A stretch of 60,060 nucleotides of DNA, from NCBI GenBank assembly GCA_014728075.1, contig WJMG01000019.1, positions 1-60,060 on the forward strand, in the 5' to 3' direction. The stretch is from Candidatus Omnitrophota bacterium (GTDB lineage: Bacteria > Omnitrophota > Gorgyraeia > Tantalellales > Tantalellaceae). Positions within the stretch are counted from its first letter, which is position 1, and each line of letters starts with the position of its first letter. The position numbers and the translations under genes were made by a program. Shown here piece after piece: positions 1 to 10,500 of this stretch. The notes below the pieces were generated by a model. It saw nothing but the letters and a program-made list of their open reading frames with translations, searched no databases and was not told the origin of the DNA.

Positions 1-150
1 AATACATCGGGAAGGATCCCGTCAAACCTCCAAACCTTACTTTTTAATTGTCTAATTTGTATGTAATATGATATCAACCCTGGATTATATTGTCAACTTT
101 CTTGTTTCTTACTTTTTTATGTTTAACCAACACGGACACCATCCCCCACC

Positions 151-241
151 CACCGGTACCTATCCCCACCGGTACCTATCCGGGATAGATACCGGTCCCG
201 GATGGATATCTATCCCGGATAAGTATCGGTCCCGGATAGGT
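151..241. repeat. REP-like palindromic array A
   Basis: Contains ggtacctatccgggatagatacc, ggtcccggat and tatcccggata units with the same tatcc[c/g]ggata core as arrays B and C. Unit order differs from B/C. Confidence 0.75.
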
Positions 242-457
242 AAAAGGTAAAAACCGGCAACCAATCCAATCAATAATTATCATCAAACCGTTACAATCGT
301 GGCAAAAACTAAGCTTTCGCCTAAAATCTTTATTTTAAACATCTTATACAATATATTCGGTCCCTCGATGGCCTCGTTTCAGATAACTGCACAGAAAAAA
401 CAAAAAAAGTGAAAGAATTTCCCCAAAAAAGTTGTATCTAATAATAGAGCACACTAC

Positions 458-529
458 TACCTATCCGGGATAGATACCTATCCCGGATAGGTACCGGTCC
501 CGGATGGGTATCTATCCCGGATAGGTTAA
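458..529. repeat. REP-like palindromic array B (immediately upstream of the RAYT gene)
   Basis: tacctatccgggatagatacctatcccggataggtaccggtcccggatgggtatctatcccggataggttaa. Units ctatccgggatag and ctatcccggatag are reverse complements separated by atac, giving a potential 13-bp stem. Confidence 0.8.
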
Positions 530-545
530 CTGGTAAACATAAAAA

Positions 546-552
546 AGGAGGG
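546..552 (+). promoter_or_regulatory. Shine-Dalgarno of the RAYT gene
   Basis: AGGAGGG ends 5-6 nt before ATG 558. Confidence 0.8.
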
Positions 553-557
553 AAATT

Positions 558-1229
558 ATGCCGTATAGAAAAGATGCCCTTGGAAACAATGAAATTTATC
601 ATGTTTATTCAAGGAGCATTGCCCAATTTCAAATATTTAATTCTTCTAATGATTTTAAGAGGATGATCCTATCTCTACATTTTTTTAAACATACAGACCC
701 TGGAATTAAATTCTGGCAATACTATGAATCGTTAAAATTCCATAAAATAAATACATATAACCACGATATGTTTAACGGAAAAGAACCTCTAGTCGACCTA
801 ATAGCTTTCTGCATGATGCCTACTCATATCCATTTAATACTCCGTCAGGTCACGGACAAAGGCATTTCCCGGTACATGTATATGTTGCTGAAAAGCTATA
901 CACAGTATTTCAATTTCCGTCACTCTCGCAAGGGACCGCTTTGGGAAAGCCGGTTCCGTAATGTACATGTAAAAACCGACGAGCAATTTTTACACCTTAC
1001 AAGATATATACATCTAAACCCTTGCACATCCGAGCTCGTTAAAAACCCGGAAGATTGGAACTATTCCTCCTACAAAGAATATACATCGCCCAGATCTTCT
1101 GAAAATAACGGTATCTGTGAATTTAATGGCCTTTTGGACATGTGCCCTAAAAAATACAGAACTTTTACGAACGATAGAAAAGATTATCAAAGAAAGCTAC
1201 ATCTGATCAAACATTTATGTCTGGAATGA
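558..1229 (+). CDS. rayT: Y1/HUH transposase of the IS200/IS605 superfamily, REP-associated tyrosine transposase (RAYT)-like
   Basis: 223-aa ORF preceded by AGGAGG (546..551), 6 nt before the ATG. HUH motif in MMPTHIHLIL (H-I-H = 825..833). Catalytic Tyr in LTRYIHLNP (Y = 1005..1007). GPLWESRF and PEDWNYSSY fit the RAYT/COG1943 pattern (G.lW..Rf ... Y.h.NP ... W.wSS). Bracketed by REP-like palindromic arrays. Confidence 0.85.
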   Translation: MPYRKDALGNNEIYHVYSRSIAQFQIFNSSNDFKRMILSLHFFKHTDPGIKFWQYYESLKFHKINTYNHDMFNGKEPLVDLIAFCMMPTHIHLILRQVTDKGISRYMYMLLKSYTQYFNFRHSRKGPLWESRFRNVHVKTDEQFLHLTRYIHLNPCTSELVKNPEDWNYSSYKEYTSPRSSENNGICEFNGLLDMCPKKYRTFTNDRKDYQRKLHLIKHLCLE

Positions 1230-1243
1230 ATTTACTACCTGTC

Positions 1244-1315
1244 TACCTATCCGGGATAGATACCTATCCCGGATAGGTACCGGTCCCGGACGGGCATCTA
1301 TCCCGGACAGGTTAA
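1244..1315. repeat. REP-like palindromic array C (immediately downstream of the RAYT gene)
   Basis: 69/72 nt identical to array B in the same orientation, with three T/C differences: ggaCgggCatctatcccggaCagg versus ggaTgggTatctatcccggaTagg. Confidence 0.8.
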
Positions 1316-1320
1316 TGGTG

Positions 1321-1362
1321 GAACAAGAAAAAGGCCCTGAGAACATGTTCCCAGAGCCTTTT
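1321..1362 (-). terminator. candidate intrinsic terminator of the downstream giant ORF
   Basis: Minus-strand RNA reads AAAAGGCUCUGGGAAC-AU-GUUCUCAGGGCCUUUU (16 pairs including two G.U wobbles), followed by UCUUGUU. On the plus strand the same two positions are C.A mismatches, so the hairpin is better on the minus strand. It lies ~160 nt after the stop at 1524. Confidence 0.45.
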
Positions 1363-1523
1363 CCCAAGATGCAGAAAGGTATCTTGATTTTTACCGTTCG
1401 ATAGACCACCCCCTTTTCAGTTTTTTCCTTACTTAATTTACACAAATAAAATTCCCAATAAACCCCTCAACCCCGGCCTTTAAGTAAGCGCTTACCTGTC
1501 CGCGCATTAATGCTCCCGGCCCA

Positions 1524-4500
1524 TTACGCTCTTATAAGCACTTCCGTAACATAGCGCTCGTAAGCCCTGATCTCGGCCTCGAGGTCCACCTTCTGGATCT
1601 TCGGGAAATATATGAACCAGTTCCCGGAACCCGCTACGGATATGACCTCTCCCAGTTCCGCGGGGATACTGCCCGTAGCCGCTATTTCCACCAGAGACAT
1701 GAGAAGCTGGGAAGCTATCCCCCCCTCTTTCATCTGCACGAATAGCGGCGCAGATATTTCGTCCTCCATGATGGCCTCATCCTGTTCCGTTACCACAAGA
1801 TTACCGGTATCACCTATAGCCAGGTCCTTTGCCAGCATATCCTCACCGAAAGTGCTTCTGGCCAGTTCTATAGTACGCTCCAGGGTCATGTCGTCGGGAC
1901 CCGTTATCACCACATTGGATGGTAAAATATAACCGCTGAGCCCCGTTGCTTCCATGATCTCTTCCTTATTCGCTTCTGTTATGTTCGCGTCGCGCACTCT
2001 GACCTGTATGAAACGCGAAGCCTCTTCCGCGGTGATGCCCATGCCGGCGATGGAGTTGGCTATGAACTTCAGGTCCGCCGCGCTGCCGGCCGATACGCTT
2101 ATGTATTTTCTTGCGGCTTGCTGAGGCCCTTCCGTAATATACGATTCGGCCTCAGCGGAATACACGAAATCACCTTTTACCAGGTCATACACCCTGTTCA
2201 TCCTCAATTCGTACACGCTTTTTTGGCCGAGTTTGAAGGATTCAGCGTCCGGCAGGACTTTCGCCAGCACAAAGGCTATATCCCTCAGCTCTTCCAAAGC
2301 CTCTATCTGCATTACTTTCTGATAATCCAGTGAGGCTATCTCGGGGTTAAGCAGCATTACGATATCTTTTGAGGCCCTGGCGGCAAATCCTCTGATAAGT
2401 TCCTCCGCCTCTCCGGCCCTTTCGGGAGTTATGTCAAGAAGAGCCGCTATGGCCTTCTCCCCTTCGATCCGTGAGTCGAGCTCCGCCAGCATCTGTTCCG
2501 GGCCGCCGGGGCTTACCGGGGTCAGGCGAATACCGAGTTCCCTCTCAAGTTCCTCTACGGTACCTTCTCCCAGATAAGCGTAGACCCGGTCGGGAACGCC
2601 TATCACGACCGCATAATCTCCGAACGCCTCTTCACGGGCCTTATTCTTATCTTCTATTTCACGGATAAGGATCTGCGCCTCTTCCACGACCCAGGCGCCT
2701 TTCGAGACCTCAACGCTGTCCTTTGCCGCTATCGCCCTTATCTTCTCAAGAAGAGGCAGTGCCTCCTCTTCCATAATATTTTCACGCACTATCTTCAAGA
2801 TCCTGGCTATGTTCGTGTAAGTATATTCGTTCTCTATCCCTATATACGACAGCGCAGCGACAGCTTTTTCGTAAAGCCCGAAGCCGGCGGCCGCCTTGGC
2901 ATAGGAAAGATTGGGAAAATGCCACGGAAATGTAATACCCCTGAACTTCTCGATGCCGTTAAGGAACTCGTATACTTCATCGGCAAGTTCCGTATCTTTA
3001 AGATAGCCCAGAGCTTCGTACACAAGGTACCCGCCTTCATAGATATGAGGCCCCGCAAGATACTCCGCCAGGATCTTAATATCCTCTTCCCGCACCATCT
3101 CTCTCCCCTCCGGTTCCCTTAAGGCCATCAAGAGATAATGCGCGGATATGTATTTTTCGGCTATAAGGGACCTGATCCTGATCTCTTCCTCTTCGTTATC
3201 CGCGACAGCATAAGCTTCTTCTCTTATTTCGGGGTGGAGAGCCGCCAAAAGGTCCTCCATAGCCTTCCGCCTTTCATCATTCGGAAGGACACCGTCGACC
3301 AAAGCCCTTCTAGCCGCTTCAAGTTCTTTCATCCTGGAATCCGATATGAGCGGTAAAAATTTCTCGTACATCTCTAGATATATAAAATCGGCCTCTCCCT
3401 TATAGAGCATCGCGGGAAGGGTGCGGGACTGTACTACCTTGAACTCCCCGTCGTGAGTGAGGACCCATTCTATGTCCTGAGACCAGCCCCAGAAAAGGTC
3501 CTCTATTCCTTCGGCTATGCCGGAAAGCTCCCTCACCTGGCGCGGGGTAAGCACTTCCATGTCCATAAGCTCGTCGCCTACCTCGTCGAAATCCACATCC
3601 CTCATGCGCCCGTCCACCAGTTCTTTGAGCTGCATCTGAAAAGAACGCCTCGAATCCGTTCCCTCGTATTCGTCATCGGGTATTTCCTCATCCCTTACGC
3701 TGTCCCAGAGGAACCTGGCCACATTACCTCTGCCGGAAACCGCGGCCGCTATACCCCAGCCCGCCTTGGTCTCGACCCTCGCCTTGTTGCCGGGTACCGG
3801 GTCAACCGTCAGGGTAACGCCCGACCTCAATCTCTTCTTCCCGGCCTCCTCGAGCGTTTCCACTTCGACCGCGGGGACCTGAAGTATAACCGCGGGATAG
3901 ACTTCCTCCTCGGACACACCGTGCTGCACACGGGTATTGAAAGCCGTTTCCGAATATTTGGTCGCTATGACATATTTCAATGCCGTAATTATCTTGTTAT
4001 ACGGCCCGTCCGGGTCAAAATGATCGTATTTCACCTCTTCGTAAAGGTCGTGCTTGGGAAAAGACTCGTACTGTCCCGAGGCGCTTATCATCGGAAGGTC
4101 CTCGAAATTGAAACTGGACCTAAGGAAGAACGAATAGTTGCCGTTCCTGTCCATAAGCTCGTCCGCGGCGGAAATGACCTCTTTTTTGAGGTCTTCGTTC
4201 ATTTCGGCCCGGACTATGATCTCCCTTATCCTGGCCAGCCTGGAGGACAGCTCCTCGCCGGAGACCTGTATGCTGCCGTCCTCCGCGCGTATCGGCTTCA
4301 TTCCTTCGGTACCGTCGCCGGCGAATATTTCCTCTATTTTTTCCCTGAGGCCCGCGGACTCCAGGAAGCGCTGGCAGAACTCGAAAGAAAAAGCCGCAAA
4401 ATCCGGGACCTCGTAACCGTTCTTTATAAGATGGCCCTGGTTAGCGGCTTTCGCGCCGACCCTGTTGATGTAAAGCAGATCAACCTCGTCCCCCATGAAA

Positions 4501-7500
4501 TAGAGTTCGCTTTCCGGCCCAAGGACAGGTTCGGGTATCTTTATGTCCTCTGCAGGCTTAACCGCGGGCCTGGGGGGCGGGTTCTCTATCTCGAAATTCC
4601 TGGCCCTCCTGAGGCTGGCGTTCTTGCTTGGAGTCGCCTGCAGGGTAAAAAGAGTGTTCCTCATGGCGCCGTGGCGGTAATCGAAATCCTTGAGAAGATG
4701 AACACCGTCGGGCACGACCACGAGGGGAATACCCTTTTCCCTGGAGATGTTGAGCGCGTGAAGATTCCCTTCCACACTGGTAATTATCCCCGTGGCCTTG
4801 AGAGAACCCACATTATCGGAAAATTCCGGTATGACCCAGATCAGGTCTTCGGGAAGCTTTTCCTGTTCTTCCGGGCTGAGCAGCCGCTCAAGTTCGTCCA
4901 TGTCGTCCACGACTATCACTTTGCCCACCGCCGCGGGAGCCGCGTTCTCTACTCTCCGGCTGTGAAGCCCGTATTTATTGACATATCTCTGAAAATCGCT
5001 CCTTACGGCGTCGAACATGCCTTCGAGGCCCTCCATATCATCGTTCTCCGAGAGAAAACGCGCCCCCTCGCCTTCTCCTTCGGTCATCTCTCTCAGAACA
5101 TAGCTGACCTTACCCCATATGTACATAGCCCTGAAGAACGCCTGGTCGATATCGTGTTCCCGGGTAACTTTCGCGTAAGCTTCCCTGAACCTTGCCAGCC
5201 CGTCCTTCAGCCTCTTGAAATCGGTCAGCTTCCTGCCGAACCTGCTAAGATATGCCGCCTCGGCGGAAGAGACGAGCGCCAGCATTACATCTATCTTGTC
5301 AGGGCTGAAGCTGAAGGATTCCATTATGAATTCTATCCTTTTGGCCGCCCTGGCCATCTGATCGGCTATCGCGTTCTCATTGGCCTCCAGGATCATGGCG
5401 GATATCTTCTCCATTTTTTCAGTGTGCACCGTCTGGGGATATTCTTCCCTGGGACGAGTATTCCAGTACTGATGCAGAAGGATCGCCCTTACTATCTGGT
5501 TGTAAAGGACCGGCATAACTATATCGAGCGGCATCTCCTCGAAAAAGGCCCTGGTCATGTAAACGGCCTGAGAGGTACCCTGCCTGGTCCCCGAAGACGC
5601 TACCACCCATTTCTCCTGGTCGGCGCCCAGTAGATACGGATAGCTTTCGTATCTGCTTCCCGGGACCGCTTCTATAAGGTATACCTGGAGGTCGTTGACG
5701 AACATGCGGCCCTCGGCCAGGGCCTTGCTTTTCTCCTCGGCGTCCATTTCCAGGTAATTCGTCTTTAAGAATTCGAAGAAAGTTTCGTCACCGTTCAAAG
5801 CCCCCAGCCTTTCCAGCAGCGCAGTGGTGACCGGCCTCGCCTCCCCTCCCGAGTAATCTCTGTCAACATAAAGCCCTCTTTCCGGGTCGAAGGACAGCAG
5901 GAGAAACTTCTTTTCCCCCCTGGCCCCCACGAAAACATCTTCCTGTATCCTCCTTCCGACCGCTTCTTTCCAGTAATGGCTTTCCGTGCCCAGCGAACCT
6001 ATATCCTTGGGATGACTCCCTATCCTCGCGGCTTCGCGCGAGACCTTAAGGTCTTCTTCCAGATAGTCCTCCACCAGCCAGGCCGGTCCGAGGCCGGCTT
6101 CCTCGGCGGGCACGGGCCTGTACCCCGAAGCATAGATAAAAGCCTTCTGCTCCTCCGGCTCACCTTCGGGAACATTAATGCCGGTTTCTGAATACCCGAA
6201 AAGCCAGTTCAGCGCCTCGTCAACATCTTGCCGGTCGCCCTCCAGCTCCATGGCTATCTCGGTCCCGTCTTCGGGGAGAAACCCAAAAGTGAGAAATCCC
6301 ATAGCGTTATTAACAGGGGACATCTCCTCCCCCTTCTTACCCATGGATACCTTGACCTTACCCGTTTGTATGAACTGCTTGAAAAATCCACCGGCGGGTC
6401 CAGCGTGAAAACCTCTCGTGTATTTGTTCAGCGTAAAGACCGTCTCTTCTTTCACCGGTCCGGCTTCTTCGGCGGGCGACCCGTATCCCGAGACATATAT
6501 AAGGTTTCTCTGCTGCTTCTCCAGGCCTTCCGGCATTCCGGGGATACCTTCTTCCGTATAGCTCAGAAGCCAGTTCACGGCTTCGTCGACATCCTCCCGA
6601 AGCCCCTCGAGCTCTATTTCCACCAAATCCTCGGCTTCGGGGTCCAGCCCCATGGCAAGGACATTCGTGGGGAAAGACACCCTTTGCCTCTCTTCCCCGG
6701 GCCGGCCCATAAAAAGCCTTACTTTTCCGGTCTGAACATACCTCATAAAGAACTTCTGGAGCGGCCCGACATGAAGGCCCCTGGTATACCTGTTCAACTT
6801 TACCGTGGTGGTTTCCCTGACAAGAGGCATCTCTTCACTGGAAGCGAAGATCTTCTCCTCCCCTTCCGAAAGCTCCTGGACATCCAGAATGAAGTCATTA
6901 ACATCGCGCTCTTTTCCGAGGATCCTGAACTCAGCCTTTTCACCCTTATTCATAAAAAGGTTGCTCGCCCCTTTTACGCTTACGGGGCCGCCCTCCGCCA
7001 GAAGCTCGAGAGATACGCCGTACTCTTCCATAAGCCTGATTATTCGACGGGCCGGCGCGTTGTGTATCCCGGAGGGAGCGGTTACCGTAAAAGCGAAGTT
7101 CCCCTCGTAGGGAGCCTCTTTCCCGGGAACGGCCTCTTCAGTCTCCGCGGCGCGCCTTTCGCCTCCCGCCAGGACCGATACGGCCAGTCCTATAGTGAAC
7201 AAGGCGGGCGCGAGCATACCGTGAAGCAGATACGCCCAGGCGTCGTTCACCCCAAGGCGGAGGTGCGCCCATTCGTGAGTGTAATAAAAATACTGAAGCG
7301 AAGGCGGCCTCTTTCTCATTTCGGCCTCGTTGATGTGAAGCACTCCCGCCCCGTCGACAAAGGCGATGAACCGGTCTTCATCCGTCAGGTCTTTCATCAC
7401 CATCCGGTCGTCCGAAAATTCGTCAATCAGTCCGTATTCCGCTTTCTGGGCCCCCGGCAGCAGGCTTTTGAGAAAAATATCCGCCCTGTTCACGGCCCCC

Positions 7501-10500
7501 GAATAAAGATCAATACCCTGTACGGCGTAAAGAAGGGCGGTCAGGGAGAACCATACACCCCCTAACAGGTAACGCACATCCGGACCGAGCAAAAGCATGG
7601 CCGCGCCGAGCCCCAGGAACAACCCCGAAGCGAGCATGGAGCCACCGGCGGAAACCGGTTTCTCTTCGGCCTTTTTACTCGTCTTTTCCCCGACGAGGCT
7701 GTCCATGTTCTTCGACTGGGTGAGCGTAGCGGTCTTGTCATCTCCCTTCTCACCGGCCGGCCCGATATTTATCCAGGGAGAAGCCCCCACAAGCCTTTCT
7801 CCGAAGGTGGAAGAGAGCCCTTCGATGAACTCCATGGCCTTTTTCGGACCTATAAGGTTCATATTGAACTCGTTAACTGTAAAATCTATCTCTTTTCCCG
7901 ATACCACGGGGAAATTGTTTATCCACTCAACGGTGCTTCTAAGGTACTCGTCCCTGTCGTCCTCCTTTCCGGTTATCCACGCGTGTATATCGATAAGCAC
8001 TCTTCCGGGGTCTATCCCGACCTCGGGCATCTGGAGGACCCGGAAAAGTTCGGCCGCGATGTCGGGCTCCGTAACGGTGATCCCCACTATAAGCCTTTTC
8101 TTGGCGGGAAGCGCCCTGAGCAGCCTCACCACACTGCCTATAACCTCCGCCTTGGAGTTCTTCTCGTACTTGACGGGCCACTCTATCTCGTTGACCATGA
8201 AATCCACCCGCTCATCGCTCCCGTACCGGCGGGCCACCTCAACGGCTTTATCAGTGAGTTTTTCGAGAGCTATATCGTCCTTCACGGCAAGCACCATATC
8301 AAGGGCTATGAGCTGCGCCTTCATGCCTTCGGGAAGAAGACCCATAAAAGCGTCAAGTTCCTTCATATCAAAAACATCCGGCTTGCCTATATTTACCCTG
8401 ACCGCCCCGTATCCCGCTTTCCGGTACCTCTCGAGCTCGGCCTTTATCCATTCGGCGTTGTTCGTAACGCTTCCCTTTGACATATCGAACCCAAGCCCTC
8501 CTTCTGGAGAAGGCAGGCGCAGATGCCTGACATGGGACACCTTTCCGGGTTCGGCTTCGGCGCGCGCGAGAGTGCCCGCCCCGACTATGGCAACGGGGTC
8601 GGAAGCCTCCCCGTCATAGGAAAACTGAATACCCAGCGCGTTGGTCTCCCGGAAGACGGCCCTGCGTTTTTCGGGATCCAGACCTGAAACATCGAATTTT
8701 ACCCTCACCACACCCGGAGAAGCGAGCAGAACGGAATGCGGCTGTCCATAGGCCGGTTTCCAGCCGTCGTACTTGACGAAAGGCTGCAGGACCAGGGGCT
8801 TCTCGTGGTCGGCTACATATATGCCGGGCACTTTGATATCGAAATAGATCACGGGCGTATCCGGTCCGAGGACATCGCCGGCCTCAAAGAGCACGCTCCC
8901 TTTCTGGCGCGCGGGATCCTCGACGCGGGGCAGGAACGAAGTATTCACCCTTATGGTCTCCAGATCAAGGGGTTCGGCGCTTTCAACGGCCTTTGCCCCG
9001 GGATCGCCCTTATCGGCGTAGAACCTGTACCGCGCCCCGTCGAAGAACGGCTCTCTTTCCGGCGGGTCGGTAACGCTTATCGAAACGACCTCGATATCCT
9101 CGGCGGTTTTCCTCCTGAAAAAGGCCTCGAGTCCCACTATCCTCACGCGGGAAGCGATATCTTCAGGCACGGTCCTGAGGTCGAAGGTCACCAGGGTATT
9201 TACTCCCGAGGAAGTAACATTCATGCCCGGTCCTTCTTTCGCGGTCCAGTCCGGGGCCCCGGCCTTGACATAAGGCTTAACCCATAACAGCTCGTCTTTC
9301 TTCTCGACATACCCTTCCGGGACGCGTATCTTGAACACCAGGATCTTTCCCCTCGCGTCGACGGCTTCGTCGAAGGCAAAATCAGCCCGGCCTTTCTGTC
9401 TGTTACGGTCTTCCTCAGGAGGCCTGAAATCCATATCCAGCCGGTACCCCCGGCCCTCACGCACCACTTCTTTCACGGCTTTCGCGTCCGCAGTGCCTTG
9501 ATCGGGCGAGCCCTTTAGTGCGGTTGTCCTGACCACGGCTTCCTTACGGGCCCGGCCTCCGTCAGCCGGCTCCGCCGCGCCCAGCTGACCGGTGAGGATC
9601 ATGAACATCACAACGGGAGCGGCGAGCAGAAAACGGGCCTTGAAAGGCATCACTCCGAGCGTTCCCTTTAACGCCGCCAGGGCCGGTTTAGCTTTACGGG
9701 CAATATCGCCTACAAAATACATCAGGACAAGAAGGGGAGACAACGGCCCCTGCAGCGAAAAGACCGAAAACTCGGACAAGGTCGTGTTCCTGAGTCCCGC
9801 CGAAAGAAGCGTTTTGTGGATAAGCTCGTGATTATAATAGAACCTCTGGACAAAAGCCGGGCGGCGGGCCATGGCTTCGGCGTCGACATGCATAACGCCA
9901 TCCGCGTCCACATAAGCCAGGCTTTCCCTGCCCGGGGCTATCTCTCTGGAAACTGAAGGATCGCTGAACTCCGGTATAAGCCCGGGCCCCGCCCTCACGG
10001 GAGTGACCCTGGGGAAAAGCATTCTATCAACCCGGGAGAAGATATCGTATTTCAGGTCTCCCGACTGCACAAGATACACCACGGAAGACAAAGCCGCCCA
10101 CGCGCCCGCAAGGAAATACGGCATATCCTGCCCGAAGACAAAAGCACCGACGGCGATCGCCCCAAAAAGAAGAGCCGCCGCCAATGAAGCGGAAGGCGTT
10201 ATTTTCATCTTTTTCCCGCTAAGCGAGGATATCTGTTTTCTCGCCCTTTTTATCCTGCGTCCGGCCAGTTCAAAGAACCTGAGGTTCACCCCGTTCGATA
10301 CGGCAACGCGGGCATTAGAGTTGAATATCCGCCTGAGCTCGTTTATGCTGGCCTCGTTAAGCTTGACGAGGTCTTCCGCCCTCGCGAAACGCCCTATCCC
10401 GATCTCCGACTCTATCTCCTCGAAAACACCGTTAACGGCGTCCCTCAACTCGATGACCCTGAGTTCCGCGTTATAATCCGTAACGCTCTCGTCAGCTTTT

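Larger units (their letters stand above)
151..1315 (+). mobile_element. REPtron-like unit: RAYT gene bracketed by REP arrays
   Basis: A Y1 transposase gene is flanked on both sides by near-identical direct copies of a palindromic array, with a third related array ~215 nt further upstream. The segment is visibly more AT-rich than the giant genes. Confidence 0.7.

Noticed and set aside
68-250. 60-aa plus-strand ORF, and the 76-aa minus-strand ORF 1215..1445.
   Set aside because: Both are read through the REP-like palindromic arrays. Their repetitive 'SGIDTGPG/IPDKYRSRIG'-type peptides are translation of the repeats, with no start signals.
1-557. Searched the AT-rich non-coding stretches (1..557, 1316..1523, 33189..33474) for tRNA/ncRNA-like structure or further genes.
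   Set aside because: No cloverleaf-compatible segments, conserved ncRNA motifs or ORFs with start signals were seen. Apart from the REP arrays and the hairpin at 1329..1362, nothing could be supported.
151-1315. Could the repeated ctatcc[c/g]ggatag units be a CRISPR array?
   Set aside because: The units are 13-nt palindromes packed back to back in inverted pairs with 4-nt gaps, not 25-40-nt direct repeats separated by unique spacers. They flank a Y1 transposase-like gene, which fits REP/BIME architecture.
3453-5633. 726-aa plus-strand ORF antisense to the downstream giant. The same applies to many other plus-strand ORFs in the track (e.g. 6228..7565, 19893..21176, 24270..25277, 28593..29486, 30285..31820).
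   Set aside because: They lie entirely inside the giant minus-strand frame and are rich in R/P/S/G/L low-complexity sequence. They carry no recognisable motifs and have no SD-like start context. They are typical shadow ORFs of a GC-rich, strongly codon-biased gene on the other strand.
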